Part shown: positions 1 through 11,294 of the stretch, in pieces | Layout of the letters: every line of letters begins with the position of its first letter | Position numbering within the stretch: the stretch's first letter is position 1 | Origin: Octopus vulgaris | Lineage: Eukaryota | Length of the DNA stretch: 64,000 nt | Direction of reading: 5' to 3' | Assembly: GCA_951406725.2 (NCBI GenBank) | Contig: OX597827.1 | Coordinates: 23,932,001 to 23,996,000, forward strand | Made by a program: the position numbers and the translations under genes | Notes under the pieces: generated by a model | The model's input: the letters and a program-made list of their open reading frames with translations, nothing else | The model's database searches: none | Told to the model about the DNA's origin: nothing

Positions 1-725
1 TGCACCTGTAATGCATCATCAGTGCAGTGCTGTGTCTCCCACTGCCGCCTGTAAGAGTAGTGGTGCATCGGTGAGCAATGCACCATTGTTTGCACTGCTT
101 TGCTGCAGTGGTACTGCAAAGGAAGCCTGGGATCCAGCCCCAAGACACATGTGGTCAGTAAAAGGAAGATATACATGACAATTGGTCATTATGGTGGTGG
201 TGTTGGTGGTGATGGTGGTGGTGGCAGCAACATCTGCAGAGTTTGGATTAACTGTCAACTTTATTGTGCTTATGGGCCGACCCTACTGATGGGTAGTGGT
301 GATGGTGGTAGCTAGGGTGATGATAATTGTTACAGAGGACCAATAGTAGTTTTGGTGGTGGCCATGGTGATGCTTATGTGGTGGTAGTGTTGGTGGGTGG
401 TAGTGGTGGTGATGTGGAATTAGGACAACTATCTTTCGTAGTGATGCTGACTACATAGAAAAAGTTGTCTTGCCTCAAAATACACTGATATCATGCTATA
501 CTCTATCAGCTCTGTACCTACTCCTGCCATCATCATCACTGGAGACAGGTACCAATACCCCATGTGACAGGCTTGATAATGGTTGAGAATTCTCTGCAGG
601 AAACCAATGGTAACCTTGTTAACACACAAATAAAGAATATTTATCCACCAGTGCAGTGTTGAACACTCATTCGCACTGTTCAATATTAGCATGTCTGTGT
701 ACGTGTGTGTGCACATACATAAATA

Positions 726-759
<34 letters not shown>

Positions 760-1039
760 AATATCATATGACAAAAACAAGTGCTCAACACCACATTGGT
801 GGATAGAATTTATTTATTTGTGTCTTAAGGCTACCATTGGTTTCATGTTAAGAAAATATCTTAATATCTTAATTTTTCAAGCTGATGACATGGAGGAATA
901 GTGTTCATCTCCATTTGGGTGTTTTCATTCAAAATGGAGACGAACACCATCCCTCCATGTGATCGGCTTGAAAAATTGTTAAGGATATTAAGATATATTT
1001 CTTAACATGAAAACAATGGTAGCCTTAATACACAAATAA

Positions 1040-1106
<67 letters not shown>

Positions 1107-1167
1107 TAACAGTGAACATGTGATGAGAATGACACTGCCATGCCACAATCTCCTATTAACACACACA

Positions 1168-1420
1168 GTATAAACTCAATATTACAATGAACCAATATTT
1201 ACCCTATATCATTTCAGTATTAACACTGTAATAGTCCAATATCAGCTGCATAAGTTTAATCCAATATTAACTTAATATTAATCTAATATTAATACTGTTT
1301 AAGCCCAATATTAACAGAATAATAACTCAATATCAACATACATAGAGCCAATATCGGCACAGTATCAACCCAATATTAATGCCATATTAATTCAATATTA
1401 ACACAATAATAACCCAATAT
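1168..1420. repeat. Degenerate 22-bp (2 x 11) minisatellite
   Basis: About 11 units with approximate consensus CCCAATATTAACACAGTATTAA. Confidence 0.7.
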
Positions 1421-1628
1421 TGGTTTCAAATTTTGGCACAAGGCCAGCAATGTCAGAGGAGGGAATAAGTCAATTATATCAACCCCCAGTACTCAACTGG
1501 TATATATTTTATTGAACCCAAAAGGAAAAGTCAACCTTGGTAGAATTTGAACTCAAAACGTATAGATGGATGAAATGCTACTAAGCATTTTGCCCTGCAT
1601 GATAACGCGTCTGCCAGCTCACTGCCTT
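1419..1628 (-). mobile_element. tRNA-derived SINE, family with GGTTTCAAATTTTGGCACAAGG end
   Basis: Recurs at about 3297-3516, 44308-44498 and 52188-52378; B-box-like GAGTTCAAATTC on minus. Confidence 0.7.
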
Positions 1629-1640
1629 ATATTAACCCAG

Positions 1641-1945
1641 TGGCACTTTGTCAGTTACAACGACGAGGGTTCCAGTTGATCTGATCAATGGAACAGCCAG
1701 CTCGTGAAATTAACGTGCAAGTGGCTGAGCACTCCACAGATATGTGTACCCTTAACGTAGTTCTCGGGGGAAGATTCAGCGTGACACAGCGTGTGACAAA
1801 GCTGGCCCTTTGAAATACAGGTACAGCAGAAACAAAAAGAAAGAGAGAAAGTTTTGGTGAAAGAATACTGCAGTCTGGGAATCGAAACTGCCATCCTATG
1901 ACTGCAAATCTGCTGCCCTAACCACTGGGCCATTGCGCTTCCACA
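1641..1945 (-). mobile_element. tRNA-derived SINE, second family
   Basis: Head GCGCAATGGCCCAGTGGTTAGGGCAG...GTTTCGATTCC on minus; the body recurs on plus at about 57430-57750 and partially at 54060-54150. Confidence 0.7.
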
Positions 1946-3643
1946 TAAACCCAGCATTAATATGGTATTGACATAGCGGCAAATACAATGAATGTAACAA
2001 ATGCAGAATGAATTCGCTTTTAATACTCACTATGTCCTCTCCTTACCAAACACCCCACCACTACACACTCTACCAGACATCGCTGTACAATACTACAGTT
2101 AAGGCACCACCACACAGCACCATGTGAGGGTGCAAGGGGGAAGTATAAGAAGCTTTTATCCAATGACAATGATGATGATGAATACTGCAGGGGGGGGGTG
2201 AGGAGGTGGGCGTAATAAAAAATGATAATTTCTGAGCTATAACCACAATAACCAAGGTCCACAAATGATGTGGAGGAAGGATTGTGACAACAGCATCAAC
2301 AGCCCCCAATAAGATATTTTATTCTAAAGTCAGCACCCCCCTGCACCCCTCGCCCACCCCACCCCGGCAGAATTCAAACTCACAATGTAACAGGGATGTG
2401 ATAAAATACACCAAGACAACACAGGTCACCTGATGAAAGTTCGTCTCTGCCTGCTCCTCTTCCTTGGTAGAAAGATTCATGTGCATAAGTGTATATACAT
2501 ATGTGTGTGTGTGTATGTATGTATGTGTGTGTGTGTATGTGTATATATATATATATATATACATACATACACAGTCACACACACATAGATACATGTGTAT
2601 GTGCATATATATACATATATGAGTGAGTGTGTTGTTTATGTATGAATGTATAAAGAGGAAATGGTCAACCAACTACAGTTGTATAAAATACAAATTCCAA
2701 TATTGCTAATGGTGATGCCAACGTTATTTTTATGTCGGACTATAGCTTTTTTCAAGTAGTTGTTTTGTACCAGTATATACCTGGTACTTATTTCATCCAC
2801 CTTGAATTGAATTCAGGATATGAAAGGCTGTAACTAAATCCGGAAAGCTATTTAGTCTGGTGCTCCACCATAAGTGCCAACACTCCATTGTTTCCACTGT
2901 AAGACAAGCATAACAGCCACCAGATCATCAGTGTCACAATTCTGCCACTACTCACCCATTACTGCCATTTCTTCCACCATAACATAGGTGGTCACAAAAT
3001 TGGTGGGGCAGGGAAATAGTCAAATTACTCCCATCCCCAGAATATGACGTGCTTTCTTTATCGACCGATCCCACGGACGGAAAGATGAAAGGCAAAGTCG
3101 CCCTCAGTACGATTTACACTTTAAATGTAAAAGAATGCTATTAAATAATTCTCTATTCCCAAATCACTAAATTCTTCAGCATTAACCAACAATCCTCCAC
3201 ACAGGGTGCAATGCTAAACCAATTCTTTGTCATTATTGAATAATTTTTCATTTCTGCCAACCACCATCGTTTTAATAATAATAAAAATGATAATAATGGT
3301 TCCAAATTTTGGCCCAAAGCCAGCAAGTTCGGTGGTAGGGGTTAAATTGATTACATCAACCCCTGTGGTCAACTGGTACTTGTTTTATCAACTCTGGAAA
3401 GATGAAAGGCAAAGTTGACCTCGGCGGATTTTTGAACTCAAAATGTAAAGACGGACGAAATGCCGCTAAGCATTTTTTGCCCAGCATGCGCACAATCCTG
3501 CCAGCTCGCTACCTTAAAACGACAACAACAACAACAACAACAATGATGATAATAATAGTGATAATAATAGTAATCAGAAGCTTCCAGAAAGTGAAATGTA
3601 AAGAAACACCAAGACTTAAACTAGTCTTCAATTTCCATCTTAC

Positions 3644-4398
3644 CGTTTCCTCTCATTCATTTTCTTCACATTTCAGTGGACACCAGAGAGAGAAAGAAAA
3701 AAAAAAGGAAGAAGGAAATAACAAAAAAGCAAAAAAAAAAAACAACAAAAATGCACAGGAAATATCACCCTCCTTCTGCCCCCCCACCCTCCACCACCAT
3801 CGTCATCCTTCTCTCATCTTCATACCCCCCTACTGCTGCTGCTGGTGTAACACTGTTCTTTTTCTGTTTGTTTGGTTTAATGTTTATTTTTCTTTTCTTT
3901 TTTTTCTGCCTTTTTTCTTCACAAATTATTTTTTTTAAAAGAAAAATGTTTTTTTTAATTGTTGTTGTATTTTTTGCAATATTTTATATATTTTTTTTAC
4001 ATATCAAACAATTATTATTATTATTATTATTATCATCACTCATCATCGTCAAGTGTGGTGAATTTTATGTTTTTTTTACGTCTTGTGGTTTTTTTTTACA
4101 TTGAATTTTTGTTGCAAATTTTCTTTTTTTTTCTTTATATCACTATTTACAAATTTGTTGAATTTATTATTATTATAATTATTATTAGTATTAATTATTA
4201 ATTATTATCATTATTAATATTGCATACACACACCCAAACACTCAACTACACATACACATGCATACATGCTTACACACACATGTGTGTAGACGTGCACGTG
4301 TAAGTGTGCGTGCATGTGTGTGTATGAGTCTGCCTATGTGTGTAAGTCTGTACATGTGGGTGCATGTGTGTGGGTGTATATATGTACACTAAGCGTTG
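3644..4398 (-). other. Probable 3' UTR of the attractin-like gene (lower bound uncertain)
   Basis: Low-complexity, A-rich (on minus) sequence directly after the stop codon; AATAAA on the minus strand at about 4163-4168 and 3883-3888. Confidence 0.45.
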
Positions 4399-4493
4399 CT
4401 ATATACATGCATCGGGATGTGATTGGTGTATATGTCTTCGGTGTTTGTTTTTGTCACTTTTGTTGGGTTCACAGCTTTGTTTACGTGGATTAC
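4399..4493 (-). CDS. ATRN: Attractin-like protein, last coding exon
   Basis: Acceptor cttttccattttctgcag; phase 1 fits the previous exon; (G)NPRKQSCEPNKSDKNKHRRHIHQSHPDACI-stop; the terminal CI resembles the vertebrate attractin C-terminus (GTCI). Confidence 0.85.
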
Positions 4494-6977
4494 CTGCAGA
4501 AAATGGAAAAGAAACAACAGCTATTAGACACGGATAGAGAGACGGGCAACATTGGAAAACAACAACAAAAAAAAGCAAGGCAAAAAGGGAGCCTCTACAT
4601 CCAACCATCTTCTGCTCTGGGGAAGCATTGCTTTCATGAAAATCTTGCCATCATCATCATCATTTATCGTCTGCTTTCCATGCTGGCATGGGTTGGATGG
4701 TTTGACTGAAAGCTAGGGTGCTGCACCAGGTTCCAACCTATTTTGGTAAAGTTTCTACGGCTGGATGCCTTTCCTAATGCCAACTATTCCAAGAGAGTAG
4801 TGGGTGTTTCTTATGTGCCATTGACATGACACCGATATCAGCCACAACTACAATCTCACTTGGCTTGACAGGTCTACACAAGCTTGGTCTATCATCAAAA
4901 GTCTTGGCCCCTGTCACTGCCTCCATGAGGCCTAAAGCTCAAACTGTACTTTTCACGTGCCACCAACACGGGTGCCAGTCAGACGCGACTGCGATTTCAC
5001 TTGGCTCGACAGAGTAGCCACAAGCACAGCATTCTCTTGTTTCAGGGATTACACTTCAATGCTTATTATCTTTTTTATAAGCCTGGGTACTTAATCTGCC
5101 AGTCTCTTTTGCTGAGCTGCTAAGTTACAGAAACATAAACACACCAACATCAGTTGTCAAGATGGGGTGGGGGACAAACACAGACACAAAGTCACACACA
5201 CACAGACATGTCCCACTCATGCTAGCATGGAAGGTGGACGTTAAATGATGAGAATGATGGTGATGATATATATAGTAAATAATATAATAGCATATATAGG
5301 TATAAGACATCCCCAATGGTGCAAATAACACGAAATACGTAAACAAACGATATAAAAATGGAAAACAGGACAAGTAAACACAGAGAAAGGAACCTTCATC
5401 AGTTGTCGGCTGTTTATCTACTCTTCATTTCTATGGCTGGAGGCCTTTCCTAACACCATCCACTCCAAGAGTGCAGTGGGCATTTCTTACATGCACCCAT
5501 TTCCAAGTAATGATATATATACAGTGGGCTTCTTTCAGTTTCTGTCTACCTAATCCACTCACAAGTCTTTGGTTGGCCTGAATCTATAATAGGAGACACC
5601 CACATAGTGGGACTGAACCCAGAACCATGTGGTTGGGAAGCAAGCATCTTACCATGACAGCCATAACTGCGAAGTTTCATAGCAAAAGGTGTATTTAATC
5701 GTTAGCCTCTATGTAATGTGGAAGTTGAAGGGAAATTAGTACAATGCAAGATTTTCAAGCCGGCAGCACTTTCATAGCCTGGGTGATGCCAGTTGTAATT
5801 CAGTGTGCTAGAAATAGCAATGAAATCCCACTTACACCATATTCTGTTGACCTAATGTGATCCTACACAGTGTGGGGAAAAAAAGAAAAATAAACGATGG
5901 GATGTTTACAGTTGGAATGCCTTTTGATCCTCACAGCCAACCTTGGGCTAAATAACAGCAACATGATCATCATCATCATCATCATCATCACTATTCGATG
6001 TCCATTTTTCATGCTGGCATGGGTGGGATGGTTTGACAGGAGCTGGCAAGCCAGAGAACTGCAACAAGCTCTGATGTCTGCTTTGGGATGGTTTCTATGG
6101 CTGAATGGCCTTCCTGTTTCGTTCCACTTTGCAGAGGGTACAGGGTGAATTTTTTTTTTTCATGTGGTACCATCACCATCAAGGTCACCAAGTAACTTAT
6201 AAAGACAAAACCAAAATTGATTAATTAATTGCTATGATTTTATTTTGATTTAATTAGAAGTTCAATGGTGAGGAGTCCATCTTCAGGAACTTCAACGTTG
6301 TTGGGAAGAATAGAGAACATTTAACCTCATGTTAGAGGTTTGGCCTCTACTTCCAACAGAGTGGATTCCACTCAGGGGCCAGGTGGTAGTGGTGGTGGTG
6401 GTGTAAACCAAGTAAAGAAGTCTGCTATCCAACAACAGGAATGGTCTCTGATAGATTCCACCAAAAAATTTTCAACCATTGAATTTCACTGTCGTAAAAG
6501 GGGATTGAAATGGGAGCAGCATGATTTATAAAGGGTACTTCTCCATTATACAACTCTACCTGCATCCTTTTGGTTCCATGAAATGGGTCAGTAGACATGC
6601 AAAGGAGGAATTGGTAACCCAGAGGAGCTTGGAACTGTGGGGTTAGCATTGCTAGAATTGGGGTCATACAGTCCCAAATACAAACCTACTCAATCACAAT
6701 GGTGCACTGATATAGCACATAACAGCAGTCAGGCACACTGTTGCACTAAGAACAATATAGTAACTATCAGTGCAGCAGTTATGCACATTGGTGCACTAAA
6801 TGCAAGATATGAATAGTTAATTAATGCAGCAGCACAGTGATGCAGTGACACACATACAGAGCAGTGTTTTATTTGTGCAACAAAAAGTGCACACCATTTG
6901 TCTTTGCACTTGTTTCCCTCCTTCTGTCTAAAATTAAGCTTTATAACCATCCAACCCATGCCAGCACGGGAAACAGA

Positions 6978-7012
<35 letters not shown>

Positions 7013-7403
7013 AATCACTATTGTTAATGAAGAACAATTAATGACTGCAACTTATACACCATCAGTCTGTGTGGCTGCTATGAGGTTCCACACCACTACT
7101 TCACAGTTAAGTAACAACTGATTTAAGGGCTGAAAGCCAACCCCACCACTACAAAATTAAAAAAAACAGAAAAAATATGCCCTGTGTGTGTTGGACAGTT
7201 TGACAAGAATTAGCAAAGCAGGATCCACACCAGGGTCCACTGTCTGTTTTGACTTGGTTTCTACAACTGGATGCCCTTCCTAATGCTAACAACTTTATAG
7301 GGTGTACTGGGTGGTTTTCACATGACACTAGCACCAATACTTTTAATGTGACACCATCACCAGAGATATTTATATATATTATATATATATAATATATATA
7401 TAT

Positions 7404-7446
<43 letters not shown>

Positions 7447-7448
7447 TA

Positions 7449-8045
7449 TCATCATCATCGTTTAACGTCCGCTTTCCATGCTGGCATGGGTTGGACGAAT
7501 GACTGAAGGCTGGCGAACCAAATGGCTGCACCAGGCTTCAATCTTGATCTGGCAGAGTTTCTACAGCTGGATACCCTTCCTAATGCCAACCACTCTGAGA
7601 GTGTAGTGGGTGCTTTTTACATGTCACCGGCACGAGGGCCAGTCAGGCAGTACTGGCAACGACATCGCTCGAATCTTTTTACACATTCCACCGGCACAGG
7701 TGCCAGTAAGGCGACGTTGGTAACGATCACGCTCAATTGGTACCCTTTTACGTGCCACCGGCATGGAATCCAGTTGGCTGCTCTGGCAACGATCACGCTC
7801 GGATGGTGCTCGAGTGCCAGTAATGCGATGCTGGTAACGATCACGCTGGAATGGTGCCTGGAAGCCAGTTAGCCGCTCTTTCGATGATCACACTCGTATG
7901 GTGCTCTTTGCACTCCGCTAGCACAGACGCCAGTCATCAAATTTGATTTTGATTATTGATTTCACTTGCCTCAACAGGTCTTCACAAGCAGAGAAGGAAA
8001 AGGTATGCATAAGTGGGCTGGTAACACCCCTGGCATAGGCCACGA
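7449..8045 (-). mobile_element. Abundant SINE-like repeat with (GAT)n tail and internal ~50-bp tandem units
   Basis: CATCATCATCGTTTAACGTCCGCTTTCCATGCTGGCATGGGTTGG...GGATGCCCTTCCTAA motif occurs many times (e.g. 4650, 12636, 14290, 24060, 36670, 40880; inverted at 10680, 13070, 20825, 63855). Confidence 0.8.
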
Positions 8046-8126
8046 GATAGATATACATAAACAACAACATCAACAACCTAAAGAGAATTATATAAAAGGC
8101 TGTCCATTTGTCCTTTTGATACTCAC

Positions 8127-8280
8127 CTAAAGATACGAGGGCACTGGCAATAGCCAGCCCTGATTGATTACTCGGAGTATAGTCCTCATCACCACAGGGG
8201 AGCTGGACAAGGAGCGACAGTACTGCTGCCTTTTGACCATTTAATGGCTCTAATGCAATTGGGCTTGGTTTATTGCTCAC
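8127..8280 (-). CDS. ATRN: Attractin-like protein, penultimate coding exon
   Basis: Acceptor tctctattttccag, donor tag|gtgagt; 154 nt, phase 0 to 1; VSNKPSPIALEPLNGQKAAVLSLLVQLPCGDEDYTPSNQSGLAIASALVSL, matching the attractin PIALEP..KAAVLS..LP..QSGLAxASALV blocks. Confidence 0.95.
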
Positions 8281-8722
8281 CTGGAAAATAGAGAAATACA
8301 TATTAGAGACAGACCCTGAACTAGGACATGAGGGTGGATAACGATGTGTATGAGGGTGGATGCTAGTAGATAACAAGGTGGACAGTTGCAAGTATGAAGG
8401 TGGATACTAGGGAATGATAATTCAGAGATGAATTTAGCAAGTAGGCAATCATCGGACGTTCATTGTCAGTCCCCTCCTGTTTACTCTATAGTTCCAAGAG
8501 AGAAGAGTTCAAGAAGGACTGATGTAATTCTTATAAATGAATCAGTCAAAGAATCAGAGTAAAAATTCCAGCATGGAAGCAACGTTTAGAATAAAAGATA
8601 GCTGAAAGTAAAGACAGCAACAACAAAAGATTTAACAAAATTTTGCTGCCATTTGAGAAGGCAGATAAGGTGTAGAGAGGGAACCTAAATACTTTAACCA
8701 ATGTAAACCATAGATATATATA

Positions 8723-8921
8723 CAAGGGGGTGCTGAAAAGTTCCTGGCTATCATGAAAGGCCTGGTTGGAGACCCAACTTTCCAAGTTCTTTTACAGGGC
8801 TTAGAAAAACTGAAGGACTGCTGCAATAAGTGTGTGAATCTGAGAGGGGAATATGTTGAATAAAATCCTAATTAACAGATCCTCCTTTACCCAAAGTCAG
8901 GAACTTTTCAGCAGTCCCTTG
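8723..8921 (+). mobile_element. Mariner-derived MITE
   Basis: TIRs CAAGGGGGTGCTGAAAAGTTCCTG / CAGGAACTTTTCAGCAGTCCCTTG, TA on both sides; remnant transposase C-terminus FFLQGLEKLKDCCNKCVNLRGEYVE-stop. Confidence 0.85.
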
Positions 8922-8939
8922 TATGAGAGGTGACAGGGA

Positions 8940-9950
8940 CACAAGGCAGGTTAATATAGGAGAACATCATGTAGCAGATATACAGGAAGTTAGTAATAAG
9001 TGCTGGTGCTTCATTTGGCAGGCTACAGGAGAGGCTGAGGAAAAATAAGCATGTTTCTATATGGGACAAATGTAAGGTATACCAGGCTATAGTGCTTCCT
9101 TCCATCCCTGCCGTATGGAGCTGAAAGCTGGACAGTCTATAAAGCTCAAGTAGACAAGTTACATGTGTGTATGATGGGACAGCTATGATGAATTATGAAT
9201 GTATAACACACTGACAGGATCAGGAATCAAGAGATCCGATAGTGTGTTGGTCTCCTCTTCAATCACCTCTGTCTACGCCACATCCTTCGTGTCCGATGGT
9301 ATCACTTTGCCTCCAACAATTCGGTGCGACACCGGTACAGAATCACCTCCCTCCGACAAGTCATCCCAATGAGACGCCTGCGTTGGCTGGGTCATTCCCT
9401 CCGTCGTCAACCAGGAGAATTCATCTACAAAGCAATTGCCCCAGCTCCCCTTCAGGGTTGGCGAAAGCAATATGGTGGACAACGAAAAACCTGGCTGATG
9501 ACGGTCAAGGCTGATCTGGAACCCAACCTAGGCCCCCATATCTACGGCATTCACCACTGGAATAAGGAGTGGTTGGAGATCATGCGGTCGTTAGCCTCAA
9601 ATTGCCAGGTCTGGTCGGCATTTGTGAGAGATGCAGCATTGAGGATGAATGAAGTCAACTCAACCCACCCCGGGTGAATGCTGTCTCAAGTCAAGTGTTG
9701 GTCTCTGCTTTCTATGATGGAAATCTTCATTGATAGAAATTTACACAGGATGGACAACAGCAGACTCTGCAGACAACTGCTTTACTCCCAATAACGCAAA
9801 ATGAAAGAGAAACCATGGAAGACCTGGACGGAGATTCAAGGAAACTGCAAAAAGGAAGATGAAGTGGAAAGGAATTGATAGTAATAAACAGAAACAAAAG
9901 TAAAAACTGACCAGTGTGGAAAAAGCTTCTCAAGTCATGCCTAAGTCATG
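8940..9950 (+). mobile_element. Older decayed RTE-clade LINE 3' fragment, interrupted by the younger RTE
   Basis: Degenerate RT C-terminal motifs before the insertion (YQAIVLPS, PYGAESWTVYK, DRIRNQEI) and after it (HRMDNSRLCRQLLYSQ, RNHGRPGRRFKET), with stops and frameshifts. Confidence 0.8.
9255..9694 (+). mobile_element. 5'-truncated RTE-clade LINE, relatively young, with an 11-bp TSD
   Basis: Open frame 9255-9677 LFNHLCLRHILRVRW...RRLRWLGHSLRR...GGQRKTW...STHPG-stop; short CAAGT-type tail; flanked by GTGTTGGTCTC at 9244-9254 and 9695-9705. Confidence 0.9.
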
Positions 9951-11152
9951 AACAGACGTAGTCACGACGACTGACTGCAGATAGATCTGATTGAAGAGTA
10001 GCTGTGAAATGGATTCTTCCAAAGAGCCTGGAAGTTCACTAGAGGCAGTTAACAGCTTCTGTTAACTGGGTGACATGATCAGCAAAAGAAGTGGATCTTG
10101 GAAAGTACAGTAACAAAGGAAACAGGGGTGGACAAAGTTCAGGGATCTGTTGTCTCTGTTAGCAGTAAAAGGCTTCTCGCCCTGGGTGAGGGGTGCATTG
10201 TATAATATTTGTATATGAAGTGCAAAGTTGCAGGGTAGAGAGATATGGGAGTTGAATATGGAGGACTTGAAAAGAAAGATGTGAGAGATTTTAGAGTGAA
10301 TAAATGATGGAGCACAAATGAGTTGAGAGAGAAACAGGGCAAAAAGGAATGAGATAAAGTGAGAGAGAAGACTGCATCAGTATGGGTGTTTGATGCATAT
10401 GGAGGATGGCAATTACAGAAAGAAGTACAGAGCTTTTAAATCAGGCAGGGGCAAGCTTTTTGAGAAGAAAGCCACATGGAATATGATTCATCATCGGAGT
10501 GAAACACACTATTGGAAATATTCCAGGTAATTTTTCATTAGGTGTGCCATTCAGGAAGTCCTATAGGATGCAGTTTGTCCATGATGAATTTAAACACCTG
10601 CATTGGTCCCACATAAATGCATCTGTTCCAGTGTTGTGTAAATGAACCTAGTCCTCTCTGTAAAGCGATTGGCATTAGGATGGGCATCCAGCCATAGAAA
10701 CCATGCCAAAGCAGACAACTGGAGCCTGGCCAGCTCCTGTCAAACTGTCCAACACATACCAGCATAGAAAAAGGACATTAAATGATGATGATGAAATGTA
10801 TGGAAGAGGAAGACTGAGGAAGAAAGGGGACAGAGTAAACAGGGCTAATCTCAGGTTGGTATACCATAAAAAAAGAAGAGAAAAGGCAGCAATAAATGTT
10901 GAGAGACTGGACAGGAGATTATCCATTTAATCCAGGCTAGAATAGGAGAATGGAGAGAAATGAGGATGGCTTAATAACCATTGTCCCTGCCACAAGTCTT
11001 CTGTTCAAGTATGGCATGGCTTGGGGAAGTCGTCACAGACCAGAGTCAGCTCTTATTTGGAGTCACCGAGCTCCAAGACAAATTGGAGCAATATATTGCA
11101 CTTAGGCAGAGGCAGTATTATGCATGTATACATGAGTGGGTATACATTTATC

Positions 11153-11196
<44 letters not shown>

Positions 11197-11258
11197 CACA
11201 CACGCAAGTTTATGTATATATATATGTATATATATATATATATATGTATGTCTGTGAG

Positions 11259-11294
<36 letters not shown>

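Noticed and set aside
5390-5432. CTGATGAAGG on the minus strand
   Set aside because: Probably a retroelement end remnant, but no convincing stem II and GAAA follow.
7620-7930. Repeat-spacer-like ~50-bp units
   Set aside because: Internal tandem units of an abundant SINE-like family, also seen at 36830-36980 and 41040-41125.
7918-8126. ORF continuing past the attractin exon with a second hydrophobic stretch
   Set aside because: It runs through a consensus GTGAGT donor into intron and SINE sequence; an in-phase last exon exists at 4399-4493.
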